Assembly: GCA_964016885.1 (NCBI GenBank)
Contig: OZ024740.1
Location: forward strand, 240,188,001 to 240,252,000
From: Eledone cirrhosa
Taxonomy: Eukaryota
Length of the DNA stretch: 64,000 nt
Direction: 5' to 3'
The notes under the pieces: model-generated
Seen by the model: only the letters and a program-made list of their open reading frames with translations
What the model was told of the DNA's origin: nothing
Databases searched by the model: none
Translations under genes and position numbers: made by a program
Shown: piece by piece, positions 13,358-27,718 of the stretch
Position numbering within the stretch: the stretch's first letter is position 1
Layout of the letters: the number at the start of each line of letters is the position of its first letter

Positions 13358-15289
13358 TATCTTCTCACAGTTCAGCATTGTCTCTTCTCTCTGCACACTA
13401 CTGATTTTCTTTTCTCCGAAGAGTACTGTGCCTCTTCTCATTATATTACCTCCCTTTCACATATATATTAAACCACCTCCACACTACAGAACGATGTATG
13501 AGCAACCAGTATAATATTATGCATTCCCTCTCTATATAGTATTGTACATCTTCATTTACAATTCTGTGTCGCCTTTCTACTGCATACTCTGTATACTCTC
13601 TCTATACCGCATTGTGTATCAATTCCCTATTATAAATTACTGTAATTATATTCTCGATACAGTACATCATCTCTATATACAGTACCGTGTATTCTCTCTG
13701 TACCAGTTTTATCAACCTTTTGTAACAAGTATATAACATATTATATACACCCATGTTGAAGTCTCACGACCCATCGAAATTTTGCCGAGCCCTACCGGTA
13801 CGTGGCATGTTCCTACCTTGAGAAGCACTGCTTTAAACCGCACAGTATATACTCTTTCTGTACTGTACACTACTCGCTACTGTACAGTGTATTTTCTCTC
13901 AATACAGTTATGCACTCTGTATCACTGCACTCTGAGTTCAAATCCTACCGATGTCACCTTTGCTTTTTATTCTTTCGGGGTGGATAGCACGTAGTGTCTG
14001 TCCATCTCACTCTTCTTTTCTTTCGTTGCTTGATCCTTTTTTTCTTCCATTTTGTTTTTGTTCCCGCTAATTGTGACTCTTGTTTAAATCTGATTTTAAC
14101 ACACTTGAACTTTGGTTTGTCAACTGGGATTTGAAGCTCTCTATTGACAAATGTGTTAGTATTTGCGAAATTGTTATAGCATCTAGCAACAAGCCTTGTA
14201 GTATTTGTTCCAGTTCTTTACGTTCTGGGTTCGAATCCAGCTGCAGCCTAGTTATGTGGTAAACTAAAACCGTTGATCGGTTCAACAACACCTGGTCCCT
14301 AAGTGCCTTTAGTGGTGTCCACTCTGTTACAAGCATTTGGGCCTTGTTTTTCCCTCTTCTCTCCCACCTTTCTCAGGGGCCCCTAAAAAGATTCATAGGC
14401 ACTGCACTTACCGTCCTGACTAAACAGTGAAAAGAATACAATACTGTGTATCTTGTCTCTAAACAGTACTTGTATAATTTCTCTATAAAATGCCGTGTAT
14501 TGTCTCTATATTGTATTATTTATTTCGTCTCAAAGGCATTATCGTCAGACAAAATGGTTTGCGTTCTGAGGTCAACTTTGTCTGTCGTCGTTCCGCGGTC
14601 GATAACATTAAATACCAGATATAATCAATTTCCCCATACCCTAAATTTCTGGTTTTGTCTCACTGTACAAAAAAAGATTATTTATATATTCTTTCTACTG
14701 TACACTATACATTATCTCTCTAGTGTAAAGTATATCATCTCTCCCTGTACTGTACAGTATATCGTTTCTCTGTACTGTTCAATATATACACTCTCCGTGC
14801 TAACAGTATATCATCTCTTCCTGTACTATACAGTATATCGTTTCTCTGTACTGTTCAATATATACACTCTCTGTTCTAACTGTATATCTTCTCTATATTG
14901 TGCAGTATAACTTCTCTCTGTATATTGCTGTGTATATTCATTCTATATCATACTATATACCATATCTTTATACTGTATCCTCTCTCTATACGTTGTATTG
15001 TGTATAATCTTCCTAATATCTTCGTACAACATCTTCTCATTCACACTACTGAATATTTTTTCTCTATACACTACCATAGTTTTAATTTCTGAATACCGTG
15101 TAACTTCCTATTAAATTATGCTATCTTTTTTTTTATCTATACACTGACGTGAATGATCTAATCAGACAATACCGTGTATCTTTTTTATAGATGAATCATC
15201 GTGTGTGTTTTGTCTATATAGTGTTGCATAATTTCTCAACAAATGTTCTATGAAAACAATGAATCTGATGAAATATATCGTGTCGATTT

Positions 15290-15690
15290 AGTTTTATAGT
15301 AAGTCCAGTCCATAAGTTGACATTATCAAGCCAGTGTTTTGGCTGTCGGTCCTTGCTTCTTTTACCGACTAACTTTCTTTCTAGGCATAACTTACTCACA
15401 CCACGGATTGTTCTCTTGATATGACCATACAGTTTAAGTACTCTTGACTTGATAACTGATGTGATTGGTTTAAGCTTGATAATGTTGATAGAGATATGGT
15501 CGCTGAAGCATTTGTTAGTCATAAGTGTCATGATGTGGTTCTGGAATGTAGAGAGCTTCTGAAGTGACCTTGTCGTCCAGTTAACACAATTAAGACCATA
15601 TAACACAACTGGTAGGATATAAGTGTCAAAGGACTTAGTCTTCAAATGATAATAAACTCGTTTTAATGTTACTACTTCTTGAAAGCTGCC
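15290..15690 (-). mobile_element. RTE-type LINE C-terminal fragment
   Basis: ILPVVLYG..NWT...LKLYGHIKR...GKRSKDRQPKHWLDNV, the typical post-RT region of RTE elements. Confidence 0.8.
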
Positions 15691-15849
15691 CAACCCAGAG
15701 CGATGCAATACTGCACAGCGACCATTCAATTTTTGTGTGATGATAACTTGTGACCGAAATATACAAACCCCGTAACTTGAGAAATTTGCAGGTTTTAGAT
15801 TGTGAGTTGGAGATTGACATTGTTTTTATCAGTTGTCATGCACTCAATT

Positions 15850-16185
15850 AACAAGAAATACATCAACCTACTGAAAGAAACTTACACCAACTCAACAGCA
15901 TATATCAAAACAGATCTGGTAACTACACGGTGTATAGACATCTTGAAGGGAGTTAAGTAGGGAGATGTACTATCAACAATTCTATTCTGTATCGTTATAG
16001 CTGCACTTATCCACCAAATTGAAGAAGAATGCTCTTTTGGCTATCAAATAGGAGGTCCAATCCTATCAAATATCTCAGCTATGCAGACGATCTGGCCATC
16101 GTGAGTTACTCTAGAACTGATCTGCAAGACTTTCTGAATGTACTGGCCAAATATGCACTAGAGGTTGGCTTACACATCAATATTT
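15850..16185 (+). mobile_element. RTE-type LINE reverse transcriptase fragment, inverted relative to 15290-15690
   Basis: KGVK*GDVLSTILF and LSYADDLAIV...VGLHINI motifs with stop and frameshift. Confidence 0.8.
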
Positions 16186-17385
16186 CCATTCTTATATTAC
16201 TTACACTTGATTCTATTTGATAAAACATTTGGTCTGTCAATTATATTTCGATATTGCATATTATTTAGATGTGATACTAAGAATATATTTTTGATATCTC
16301 AACTCTTTATTAGCCAACAGCTCCCTTTACTTCAGACGTTGTTGCCAACATTTTTCTTTTCATTGGCGCAAGTAAAAATGTAATAAAGATGAGTGAGATA
16401 TTCAGATGTAGAAGTGTTCCTATATTTAAGTGGTTAAATGCACCTATTTATTGCTATGTATTCGACATTGTACAACAACTCCTAACTTCTAATGACGCTA
16501 CGGAAATAAATGGGTGTATCATCCACAAAGCTATTCCAGAATATTTAGTTTGAAAGGATTCTTTTTTTTTGTTTTTGTTTTTAGATTCTGTAATCAATGG
16601 TTATTAAAATCTCTTCCTCATGGAAGATTCGAAAAGTGTTAAACTGACTTTCGTGGTTTTAAGCACCCTAAAGGAAAACAAGGTTTTCCACTTCGATGGT
16701 AATAATCCGGTTGTATAGTTTTCTCAAAGGGTTTTTTCTCTCACAAGAATCGAAAAATAACAATCGACACATATCAAAGAAGCCTTAAGCTAATACTTCT
16801 TCAAACTCTTTAGCATATTATTTTTGTTAACGAGACTGTTTATCAGCTCTGTCCTCTTTTATCTATTCGCTCCTGAGTTCCAAAGTTTCAATAAAAGCAA
16901 TTAAGAGGGACGGACTTTTGAAAATACCATTTTTTTTTTTTTTCAATTTGTAAATTGAAAAATGAATGACAACGGGTAATCAAATGATGCAACTTATTTA
17001 CAGGATCTAATTGAAAATGTGTTCAATCTCTGTGATTATAAAGGGATTAAAGGAAATATGACCATAAACATATTTAAATCGTAAACACTAAGCTGAATAT
17101 AAAGTCTTTATTAATATATAATAATTTACAAAGTAATGTATCCATTTAGTGGCAAATCACTCAAGGACATTCAGGAAAAATCGAAAGCAATGTAAAAAAC
17201 ATGCAATTTCACTTTTCCAGAATTCATTAAAATACTTAACATTTGTAAATAAAAATAATGCAATTGCTGTCACCGTACATGAATATGGTGAAACAATTAA
17301 GGTGAAGGCTATAATAGAAAGCCCGCAACGGAAAAACAAATATTAATGAATGTTTGGATTAGCTGGGTTATTATTTTCAATTCTG

Positions 17386-17529
17386 TTAGACAAATAGAAC
17401 ATTGTATAATATGGTATTATCAGACGAGGACAACGGACTGCTGGTTTGACAGCAAGTGGATGAATGTATCAACTGAAAAGATGGGATTCGTTCAGTTTCC
17501 ATGTTTATTCTACTTCGATTTATAATTAC
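17386..17529 (-). CDS. Candidate terminal exon of a small orphan ORF (joins 22505-22522)
   Basis: Strong acceptor tattttttctttcag at 17530-17531; 47 open codons to TAA; no recognisable homology. Confidence 0.25.
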   Translation of the reverse strand, partial: VIINRSRINMETERIPSFQLIHSSTCCQTSSPLSSSDNTILYNVLFV

Positions 17530-18082
17530 CTGAAAGAAAAAATACAAAAGTAAAGAATTGTTAGTCATCACTGTACTTAACAAACAACTATCTCGTCATG
17601 TATCTTTACGCTCACACACACACATACTTACTTGCCCACACTTACTTATAAACACTATATATTCAATCAATATTCGTTGATAAAAATAATACGCACTACG
17701 AAATTTATACCGCTAAATACTGAGTATTCAATATGTCAACTACAAAATAAAATACCACAATGACATATATTTCTAGATAATATAAATTACACTCCCATTA
17801 TCAGTAAATCACTTTATTGTAGAGCGAGCAGAGTGCAATTTCAATCTTATCGTTCGTATTCTTTCGTTACGGAGAGAATTTTAGTCTAACACCATCTCGA
17901 TTCGGTAACATTGATTCTTTTAACCGAATAGAGATTTGCTAGTCTTCTATAGTCTTTCTGTCTAACTAAAGAGCTCATGCTTGCACAAAACTTAAGACTT
18001 CGTAATCCGAATGGAAGTATTTATGTTTATTCTAACCTGTTATGAATCTATGTTTTACGTGTACACTGAATGTATATCATAT

Positions 18083-18149
<67 letters not shown>

Positions 18150-18351
18150 TTACCTGAATGTAATTTCTTATTACGAAAGAATGCCCCCTCAATATGTAAA
18201 CATAAACGTAACATATGTTGAAATAGATGGTATTAGTCGCACGCCATCAAAAATACTTTAATTTTCATGGGCATTTTTTGTCAGGACAGTAATTCTCCAT
18301 TATCGGACCTTGAACGTACGTAACTGTATTGGATTTTATTAGGAATATAGC

Positions 18352-18427
<76 letters not shown>

Positions 18428-18510
18428 ATAATAATAAATTTGAAGACTAAAATCCAAAGAGGGCTCGATAAGGATAAATATATATCAAATATATAAGAAC
18501 CGTACAGCAA

Positions 18511-18639
18511 ATATTTATTAAAATAACAGATTAAAGTTTAAGCAAAGAATCGCTGCTTTCGCCCTTAAAGGGATCTTCTGAAGATCCCGTTAAGGGTGAA
18601 AGCAGCGATTCTTTGCTTAAACTTTAATCTGTTATTTTA

Positions 18640-18647
<8 letters not shown>
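18511..18647. repeat. 137-bp near-perfect palindrome containing a CUGAAGA...GAAA hammerhead-like core
   Basis: 68-bp arms around t18579 with two mismatches; half-copies at 45501-45541 and 62520-62590, all beside (TA)n. Confidence 0.85.
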
Positions 18648-18670
<23 letters not shown>

Positions 18671-18837
18671 CATGTGTGTATATGTGTGTATGTATGTGTG
18701 TTTGTGGGTATGTGTGTATATGTGTGCGCGCGTTTGAAATTCTGTTTGTGAATACCATATATATTTAGAGTTTATTTTTTAGCACTGTAACTTCAATAGG
18801 ACTGGTTATTTAAATGCGCCGGAACCACATTACTAGA

Positions 18838-19016
18838 AATAATTGTTTCTACTTTTGGCACAAGGCCAGAAATTATCTCAGTATATTACTGGTACTTTAT
18901 TTTATCGACCCTGTAAGGATGAAAGGCAAAGTTAACCTCGGCGGGATTTGAACTCAGTCCGTAAAGGGACGTAACTGTGCTGCAAAGGATGGCGTCCGAC
19001 CCTCTACCGATACTGC
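18838..19016 (-). mobile_element. SINE family A
   Basis: Reverse complement of the family consensus. Confidence 0.88.
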
Positions 19017-19429
19017 CATAATTTGACACCTAGCTTTCATTTAACTGTACAAAAGAAGAAAACTACCCACAGGAAACTAGTGATTGTCAGTCAACAAAAA
19101 TATATAAAAAAGAAAGACTAATAAGATTCATAAGATAAGAGACGTTCAGGTGTCATCCGGAAAGATAAGTTGTGATATTTCAACCAGAGTAACGTTTGAC
19201 TACGTCAAGTAAAAGCAGATATTATGCCAGTATACGGTGTCAGAAAAGTGTTAAATACCAATATAAAGCAAAGTCCGTTGATTGATTGATATAATAATGT
19301 AGGATGCAAATGAAATAAAGTGTCTTGTTCTAAGACGGCGAATTGTCAGAGGCGATACGGCTTTGGAAGGAATTTTTTGCCGTATTCATTCCAGATTACG
19401 GCGTTCTGAGTTCAAATGAGTGTTCCAGT

Positions 19430-19640
19430 TAATTCAATTAACGGAACTGTCTACTCGTGAAATGAGCGTGTAGGTAGTGGAGCAGTCCACAGACACGTGT
19501 GTCCTTAACGTAGCTCTCAAAGAAATTCAACGAGACACAATGTAAAATAAAGCGTCTTGTCAGAATACATTGCCAGGTTCGTGAATCGAACTCACATCCT
19601 CAAGATCGTGAGCGCCAGACCCTGAATAAGCGTGAGCCTT
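19430..19640 (-). mobile_element. Second SINE family (B), degenerate
   Basis: Shares cacagacacgtgt.cc.ttaacgta with 29170-29435 and has a tRNA-like B-box (gaatcgaactc on +). Confidence 0.55.
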
Positions 19641-22504
19641 AGGTCAGAGTGTCGGGGTAATCATAAGGTTGTGAGTTCGACATTTGATATAAAATATATT
19701 ATCAATTTTTTTCAACACGACATTGTTTAAAAAGCAATTTTTTTTTTGTTTTATTTTTGTATGGATGTGAAAAACACGGAATGTTATTGTCTGCTATTTC
19801 ATTTGCATATTTATACACTGAATTGGATCACATACTTATTAAGTGCTGACCGTCAGATGATTTATGCTTCAGGACTTCGTAAAAACTCCTTGGTCGATAA
19901 CATTACATTTCAATGTTTTCTAACATAACAAACTGTTTGAAGACAAAACAATTTCCTCACTCCACTTGCAGTTTTTTTTCTTTCCACCTGCGTCATAGAA
20001 CATTATTAATGCCCACATTTCTTGTGAAATCAAAAATGAAATAGTCATTTATGCTTCACGAATTTGGCTAATTTTTTAATTTTATGACGTAATCTTGTTG
20101 CTAATATCTTTATATTATATTCTTCGCAGTTATTTGATGCTGCTCTAGTGAGTACATACGATCGATTGAAAAAGAAAAGATATATATGTGTGTATTTGAG
20201 TGTATACATACATATATGTGTATGTATACATTATATGTATGTATGTATGGATGTATGGATGAATGGATGGATGCATATATGCATGTATGTACGTATTTCT
20301 GTATGTATGTGTATGATATTTCTTATTTTGTAAAATATGGATAGTATGTGAACGATCGTGTTTGTCTATTTCTGTTACTAACTTTATAATTGATTTTCTT
20401 TTCGTTAGACGCAGGAGGTAAAGGTATTAGTGTAAATTCTGTTATTATTGATCGCATTTATCGATCTCAGATATCAGATAAAATCGACCAGTAATGTAGT
20501 TAAATTTGGAACATAGAAATACGCAGTTAAATATTGTAAAATATTTAAACCGAGGCATTATAGTCTTTGCCAATTTGTTGCTCCATTTTGTCTTCTTAAA
20601 TAGCGTCTCTGCGAACCGTAATATTTATTGTTACCAAACTGAAGAAAAATAACAGTTAATTTTCAGTTTCGATTATTTTTACCGGATGATCAGTAATTTA
20701 TCTCTTTTGATACCAAACTACCTAACACCACCCTTAGTTTTAGAATACAAGACCATTTACTTTAAAGAGTTTATATTTATCTAAAGCCTTCAATTATAAT
20801 TTTATTAAAGAACCTTTGTAAATTATATTCCCAGCATCAAGCTCACCATAAAGAAATTAATTATATTATTACATCCTTCAAAATCATTTACAAATCATAG
20901 GTAGTGTCTTTCATTAAAAATCTGATAAGGAAAAGATTAAACAATTTTCCTAGCCACTTCGATAAGCCAGCCTATGAGGCCCTAAAAAGTCATGAGTGCT
21001 CCCCTTTCTCCTGTTTCCTAAGAAATTATTTAACTAGATGTTTTGATTCTTTTTTCATCTTTAGTAATGTTGTTGATGTGCTTACCAGACATTGGAGACA
21101 ATCTCATCAGATTATCTTAAATAATCTAATCCTGTGACCTCTGTATCTCCCCTTCAATACATCATTTCTATCCTCATATATATTTAACCTACACATACAA
21201 AACTTGTCAAATAACATTAACAGGCTTAAATGTGTTTTCCTTTCGTTAACGTGTTCTTTATATTTTATTCTCTATCAGTACTGCATCAAACCTACTCAAC
21301 TTGATTATTTCTAAGTTACAGATTCACTCATTTCTGTACATAATCTCATATATATATATTGTTGTTTGTTAATATATTATCTATAACATAGTGCCCATTC
21401 TATAACATCTCTATAGAAGAATGTTTAGAACAAGTATGATCACTGTTATTAATACCTGGAATAAGAGAGGTAGATTGACAGAATCGTTAGTTCGTCGGGT
21501 GAAATCCATTGCAGATTGCAGTATTATTCATTTACGACACTCTACGTTCTGCCTTCAAATTCTGTCAACTTTGCCTTTCATCCGTATGGGGTCGATAAAA
21601 TAAGATAGTAGTAAAGTACTTATGTCACTATAATTGACTTTACCTTTCCCCACAAAGAAAATTGTTGGTTTTGTGCCTAAATTAGAAACCTGAAATATCT
21701 AATTGACAAGATAAAATTTAGAGTAGGAGTTTTATTATTTTCATCTGTAAATCGAGTCTTACTTCAACAGGCTTGAATGGGGAAATCGTAAATTCGATTA
21801 GAGAATATTCATTCAAGAGGAGTAAATATATCAGTTTATAATGAGATCACTATCTCATCGTCGAGGCAAGGCAAGACCTCTACATGACAGGCAAATCACT
21901 CTCAAATCACACCCCCATTGTCTTGAATAAGCGTATGTTGGATAATGAGGTCTTATATTCCCTACACATAGGAAAACGACGTGATGGTTACGACTGAAAT
22001 GTCTTTGATCAAGGCTGACGTGGGGCTAAATAACAGCAGTACCTTTTCTACAAATACAGTATTAAATGTATTAACCTGCCTTTCAAACAACCAGGACAGC
22101 CTACGCAAGCTATGTACACCATCTTCTCATTCTGGAGCAACAAATACAAAATTACTTGATGGGAGAAAGTATTTTAAATATTTTGGCAAGTCTTTAATGT
22201 GAAATAATATGCAGATAGCTGGTAAAAATATTTAAAATGAAAATTGAGAAAAGGTCTTTATTAGAATTTTTTTAGATTTTTTAATATTCTGTAATGGTGG
22301 AAATAAGCCATATTTTGTTGCATGAGAATGTAAAATTAAAATATTGGCAGTTTATCAGAAGGCATTCATATTGGCTACTTTCCTTATTTTCTAAATAATT
22401 GCCGATTTAGTTGAATACTTAATTTTTTTGTAGAAAATTGAAAGTGTTATTTATCTTATAATCTTAATAATCAAAAAAATAATATTTTAAAATGTATTTC
22501 TTAC

Positions 22505-22522
22505 CTTTGTTCTTGAATCCAT
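22505..22522 (-). CDS. Candidate first coding exon MDSRTK of a small orphan ORF
   Basis: ATG at 22522-22520, consensus donor AAG|gtaaga; palindromic attggccaat (CCAAT on both strands) about 60 bp upstream. Confidence 0.22.
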
Positions 22523-23276
22523 CGTTTGAAGAATCAAACAGAGGAAATAGATTGTATCCGTTGAGAAATTACAAATTATTGGCCAATCAATATTGCATGA
22601 GATAGTGAGTTTATAACAAATTTATAATTTAAATATTGTATTATCATTAAACAATATGTTCTCACATTATTGTTATATTTCCTATTCAATAAATTTCTAA
22701 AGTTCGTCTAAATCTATTGAGATTCTGCAAGATACTTTTTCAAGATCTAACTAGTTGCACAATATATACAAGTGAATGTACTTCGGTCACGTCCATGTTG
22801 TGAAATTACATTCCACTGGAGGTTTGGGGTCTGGGGGTCGCTAAATAAACACGATCCATATTCATATGTGTAAGAGAGTGTCTCCGTTGGCATAAGCTAG
22901 TCTTTTTACAATCACTCTGAATATCTTTGAAACAAATGTTTTTAGACTTCCTAAGCTGTATGGTAGAAAACATTAGTTTATTTTCTACAATGCTTTAACG
23001 TACCAATAGTTGTGTTATAATTATTTTCAACTGTTAGATCAGTTAACGACACCTTTCACTTATTCTAAAGGTTTCATATTAAAGGCATCATTAGATTAGA
23101 TAACTGTCTATTACAGACTTAGCCAATTTCAATATTTTTCAAAAACGTTGGACTTGGGGACTCCTATTTGATGAAAATACTTAAGGTCATTGAGAAGAGA
23201 AGGTCATGATTTTCAAAGTGATTAGGTGCCCTGAGAGATTTTCGCATATATATATATATATAATAAAAACATAAAA

Positions 23277-23970
23277 TTTTCGCTCTACATGGCTGAATAC
23301 AATAAATGTAATCTGAGTTTTTCGAATATTAATAATCCCATTCGATTCGTTTGCAATTATGCAAACAAGCCTCAATTTTATAGCCATCTCAGTAGAATGA
23401 ATCCTTCATTCTTGCCCTTGTGTTGGCATGTAAACAGAACTGACATGGCTATAAAATTGAGGCTTGTTTGCATAATTGCAAACGAATCGTATGTTATTAT
23501 TAATATTCGAAAAACTCAGATTACATTTATTGTATTCAGTCATGTAGAGCGAAAAGTTGCTTTTTTTATTTGAATTTGGCAAAGCCGGCCATGTATCGCT
23601 CGTATACAGGAAACTGACTGGCCAGTCTGCTGATATGCAAATCTGGCTGATCAGTGGATCTGCTAAAATGCATATCTGACTGATCAGCCAGTCTGCTAAT
23701 ATGCAAATCAGGCCGATCATCACTGTATATTTTTGAAAATAGCATATATTTTCACTAGCTCTGACAGTTTCGCAGGTGAACAGTGAGCTGTACTGATGAA
23801 GGGTTATACCCAGAAACATTAGTGTCTGTAGTTATGTTCACATGCCAACACAAGAACATGAATGAAGGGTTCATTCTACTGACATGGCTATTAAATTGAG
23901 GCTTGTTTGAATAATTGCAAACGAATCGAATGTTATTATTAACTTTCGAAAAGCTCAGATTACATTTATT
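23277..23970. mobile_element. Fold-back PLE-type terminal repeat element with hammerhead-like core
   Basis: 117-bp inverted arms 23277-23393 / 23439-23555; third inverted copy about 23830-23970; ctgatga-agggttataccca-gaaacatt at 23793-23820; (TA)n on both sides. Confidence 0.75.
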
Positions 23971-26649
23971 ATATATATATATACATTTTAGTCTTACTGT
24001 TAGTTTTCCTTCACTATAAATATCTATTAAACTCAACCTTAGATAATATACGCCTTCAAATAAACACATTACTGCAGACACGTTAAACAAGATCATTTCG
24101 TATATAATAAACGATTCGTTTGAACAGTAACCATGCAACAATTATATTAATAAAATGTATTATTAACCAATTATTTGGAGTTAGATCAAAAGATCAAACA
24201 CAGTGCCGTCAATAGAGTAATTTCTGTTATGTTAAGCCTTTTATCAGTTGGAACGAAATCAGATTCTTCTATGTGTATGACCATTAAAATTAAGAACAAA
24301 ATTTCCACGGATTAGAATGATTTACCGTATTTAAGCTTGTATAATGCAAAAACGTTTTATTTCAGATCTAAATATAAAAATCGAGAGATCTCATAAGATG
24401 TGAATTTCAATATTTGCAATGCCCAGCATAAACCCTATTTCCAATTATTAAGATTAGACTGTTGTTTGAATTATATTATATTTTAACAACTAAAAATACA
24501 TATACTCTATTATTATATAAAATATATATGCTTCTATTTATTATCATGTTGAGTGAAAGGGGAACTATATATTTGTTTGACATATTTATGTGTATTTTAC
24601 TTCTCGCAATCAAACAGAAAATCTTGCCTGGAGCAAGTTTAACATTAGGGTGCATACAATCCTATTTTTTTATGAAATTGACCACTTCCATAGCTAAAAC
24701 ATTTTTGTCAATGATGTGTAGATTATAGGTGTTGTATGAATGATAAGATATTTACCCTTTCTTTTTCAACATAGAAATTGAAGTTTTACATGATATAGCA
24801 TTGTACACTCATAAATACGATAACGTTTAGTCAAATAAAAACAACATATAGAGTAGTGCAGATGTTAGTTGACAGTGCCAGTTTAATGCCTAGTTAATAT
24901 CAGTATTTGTGTTAGAAGTACTTGAAAGATATAACACTCTACAACTGCCTCTGTACTGTATAGACTGAGGCTATGTTATTTATCTTGAGGATGTCTAGCC
25001 ATAGGAGATCTATGTTTGGAAAGAAATGTGCCCTTATTTCCTGATGGAATCGTAGGTGCACCGTCGAGACATACAAGATATCTTTGGCATTTTGAACTTT
25101 GTAGAGTCCATCCTTCTCTAGGTCTGAAAAAAACATAGAGGAAGAATCGACCACAATAATGGATGTACATTTTTTTTTAACATGAACGCTTAACATCGAC
25201 AGAATTTGAACTCAGAGCGCAGTGAGTCGGAACCAATACCGAGGGAAATGCTCTAGAATACATATTCTACAAACTAAAGTTGGGTTCTGCACAACTGTAA
25301 CATTCGAAGGAATGATATCTACTAAGCCAAATAAAAGCGTGTCTAGTGCGTAATTATCGCTTTACCAGTTGAATTATAACATTCATTGCTTGTATTTATT
25401 GCCAAAATAATTTCAGCGATATCTTTCCATACTCAACTGGAAATTATTTGTTTACCCATAATTAACCTCATCAAATGCTTACAATACTAATACAATGTAT
25501 TCCCACCCAATGTTAAATTATTGAAAAATAAAAACTGACAGCTAATCAAACTGAAAATTTCACAACGGTAATGAAATTAACAGAGTCGATCCCAGCAGAT
25601 TTGTTATCCAGATATACTGGCTACATTTCAACACCATTTATTTACATCTAACTACATTTTCATTTCTAATAGATAAAGCCAGAAATTGTATGTTTATTCA
25701 ATATAATACAAGATGATAGAAATAGTATTCTTATAAATAATGATTTCTTCATATCTTTTTTATTTCGTTTATTTTTCATTCTTATTCTTATTTATTTATG
25801 CCGGAGTGAATCTTTGAAATATGTTATGAATTTTAAGTGATAGACATTTTTGCTTATTGTCGACAGCTAATTAGTATGCTGCTAAAATAAGTTAGCTTTC
25901 TCAAATATCGTTTTATATACTTGAAATATCGTGGATCAGTTTAGCTGTCAGGTTTTATGAACACACCTCGCATCAAAGTGATGTGTTAGAGAGAAGTGGT
26001 TTAAAAGTATACAATAATGGAACAATATGTAAAAGAAACTGTGGAATGTTATTATTGTGATGAAATAGTTTCTAATCTCAGTGGTAAAGGATATTGATAA
26101 ACCAGAAAATACTTCAACTTTTAAAACGTTTCTGACATATTCAGTTAATACATACACAATACACATACATGGCCACTTTTCCTATACACAGGCACATATA
26201 CACGCGCGCATGCGTATGTGCACAAACAAATATACATATTCTAGACGGCGTTCACAAAGGCCATTCACCCCAATAGTTACAAAAGCAAGTCTAAGGACGT
26301 GTTGCGCATTCTGTGCGTGTTTTCTAATTACCACGACGGTACCTGCTTAACTGAGCTAGTATATTTCTGTTACTATCCCCAGTTCCTACCCACATCTCAT
26401 CTTGTTATATTTAACGTATCTCACAACACACCCGATAGGAAGTATTGCTGTCTAGAATTGGAATCTTCTGGAATTCTCTTTTTGCTCATGTTTTCTCACA
26501 AAGTTCAGGTTATAGAAAGTTCAAGCCGAACATCAACCTTTACCCCAGCCTCATTGATCTGTAAAGATCTGCAGAGGGTATTAGAACTGTATTTCTTACA
26601 GTAGTAAACGTTCAAACATACATGTTTATTCATAAAAACATACACACTT

Positions 26650-26828
<179 letters not shown>

Positions 26829-26859
26829 GTATATATATATATATGTATATATATGTATG

Positions 26860-27238
26860 TATTATTATACTTTCAGAGGGTCATGAGCTAATAAAAACAC
26901 ACACACCTGTTGGTTTTCATTTCAATTTATTATAAAATTCCGATTGGTTGATTCAATAACCGGATGGTTGTTTATATATATATATTTATATATTGTCAAA
27001 GCTCTTTCGTCACACATTTTGTGACCGATAGTGTAAGACAAAACAAATGAGAAACATAAAAAAAAGAAATCAGTCAAGGAGGAGGTCACAGAATGTGTGA
27101 AGAAAGAACTTTGACAATATATATAAACAACCACCCGGTTATTGAACCAACCAACCGAAAATGTATGATAAATTAAAGTGAAAACCAAAAGGTGCGTGTG
27201 GTTTTATTGGCAACATGACCTTCTAAAGTATAACAATA
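26860..27238. repeat. Diverged inverted repeat (arms 26860-27001 / 27109-27238) next to (TG)n(TA)n
   Basis: e.g. gggtcatgagctaataaaa...ttcaataaccggatggttgtttatata vs tatataaacaaccacccggttattgaac...ttttattggcaacatgacc. Confidence 0.8.
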
Positions 27239-27306
27239 TCTGTTTCAACACACGTTTTCAGATAAGAAATCTTGCAAAACAAATTCAAAAACGAAGTATA
27301 TATAAG

Positions 27307-27676
27307 TAATAGACATGAATATAATTGAAGGCACTTCAAATATATATATATTACTGTTCTATATTTTTGAGACGAGGAATTATTTACATTATATATACAA
27401 TTGACGGATAGGCATCATCAGGTGCACTAGTGATGTTATTTTCGTTTGTTCACTGCTTAGAGTACAATTCTAAGCAGTGACCTGAACAAACGAAAATAAC
27501 ACCTCTAGGACACCTGATGAAGCCTGGAGAGTACATCAGCCGAAACGTTGTGTTAACAACAAAACAAGATGAGGACACCTATCCGTCCAATATATATAAT
27601 GTAAATAATTCCTCGTCTCAAAAATATAGAACAGTAGTATATATATATTTGAAGTGCCTTCAATTATATTCATGTC

Positions 27677-27718
<42 letters not shown>

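Noticed and set aside
13500-15150. Possible hydrophobic protein ORFs (e.g. 14446-14910)
   Set aside because: Degenerate tctctgtac/tatac low-complexity sequence with no domain motifs or splice support
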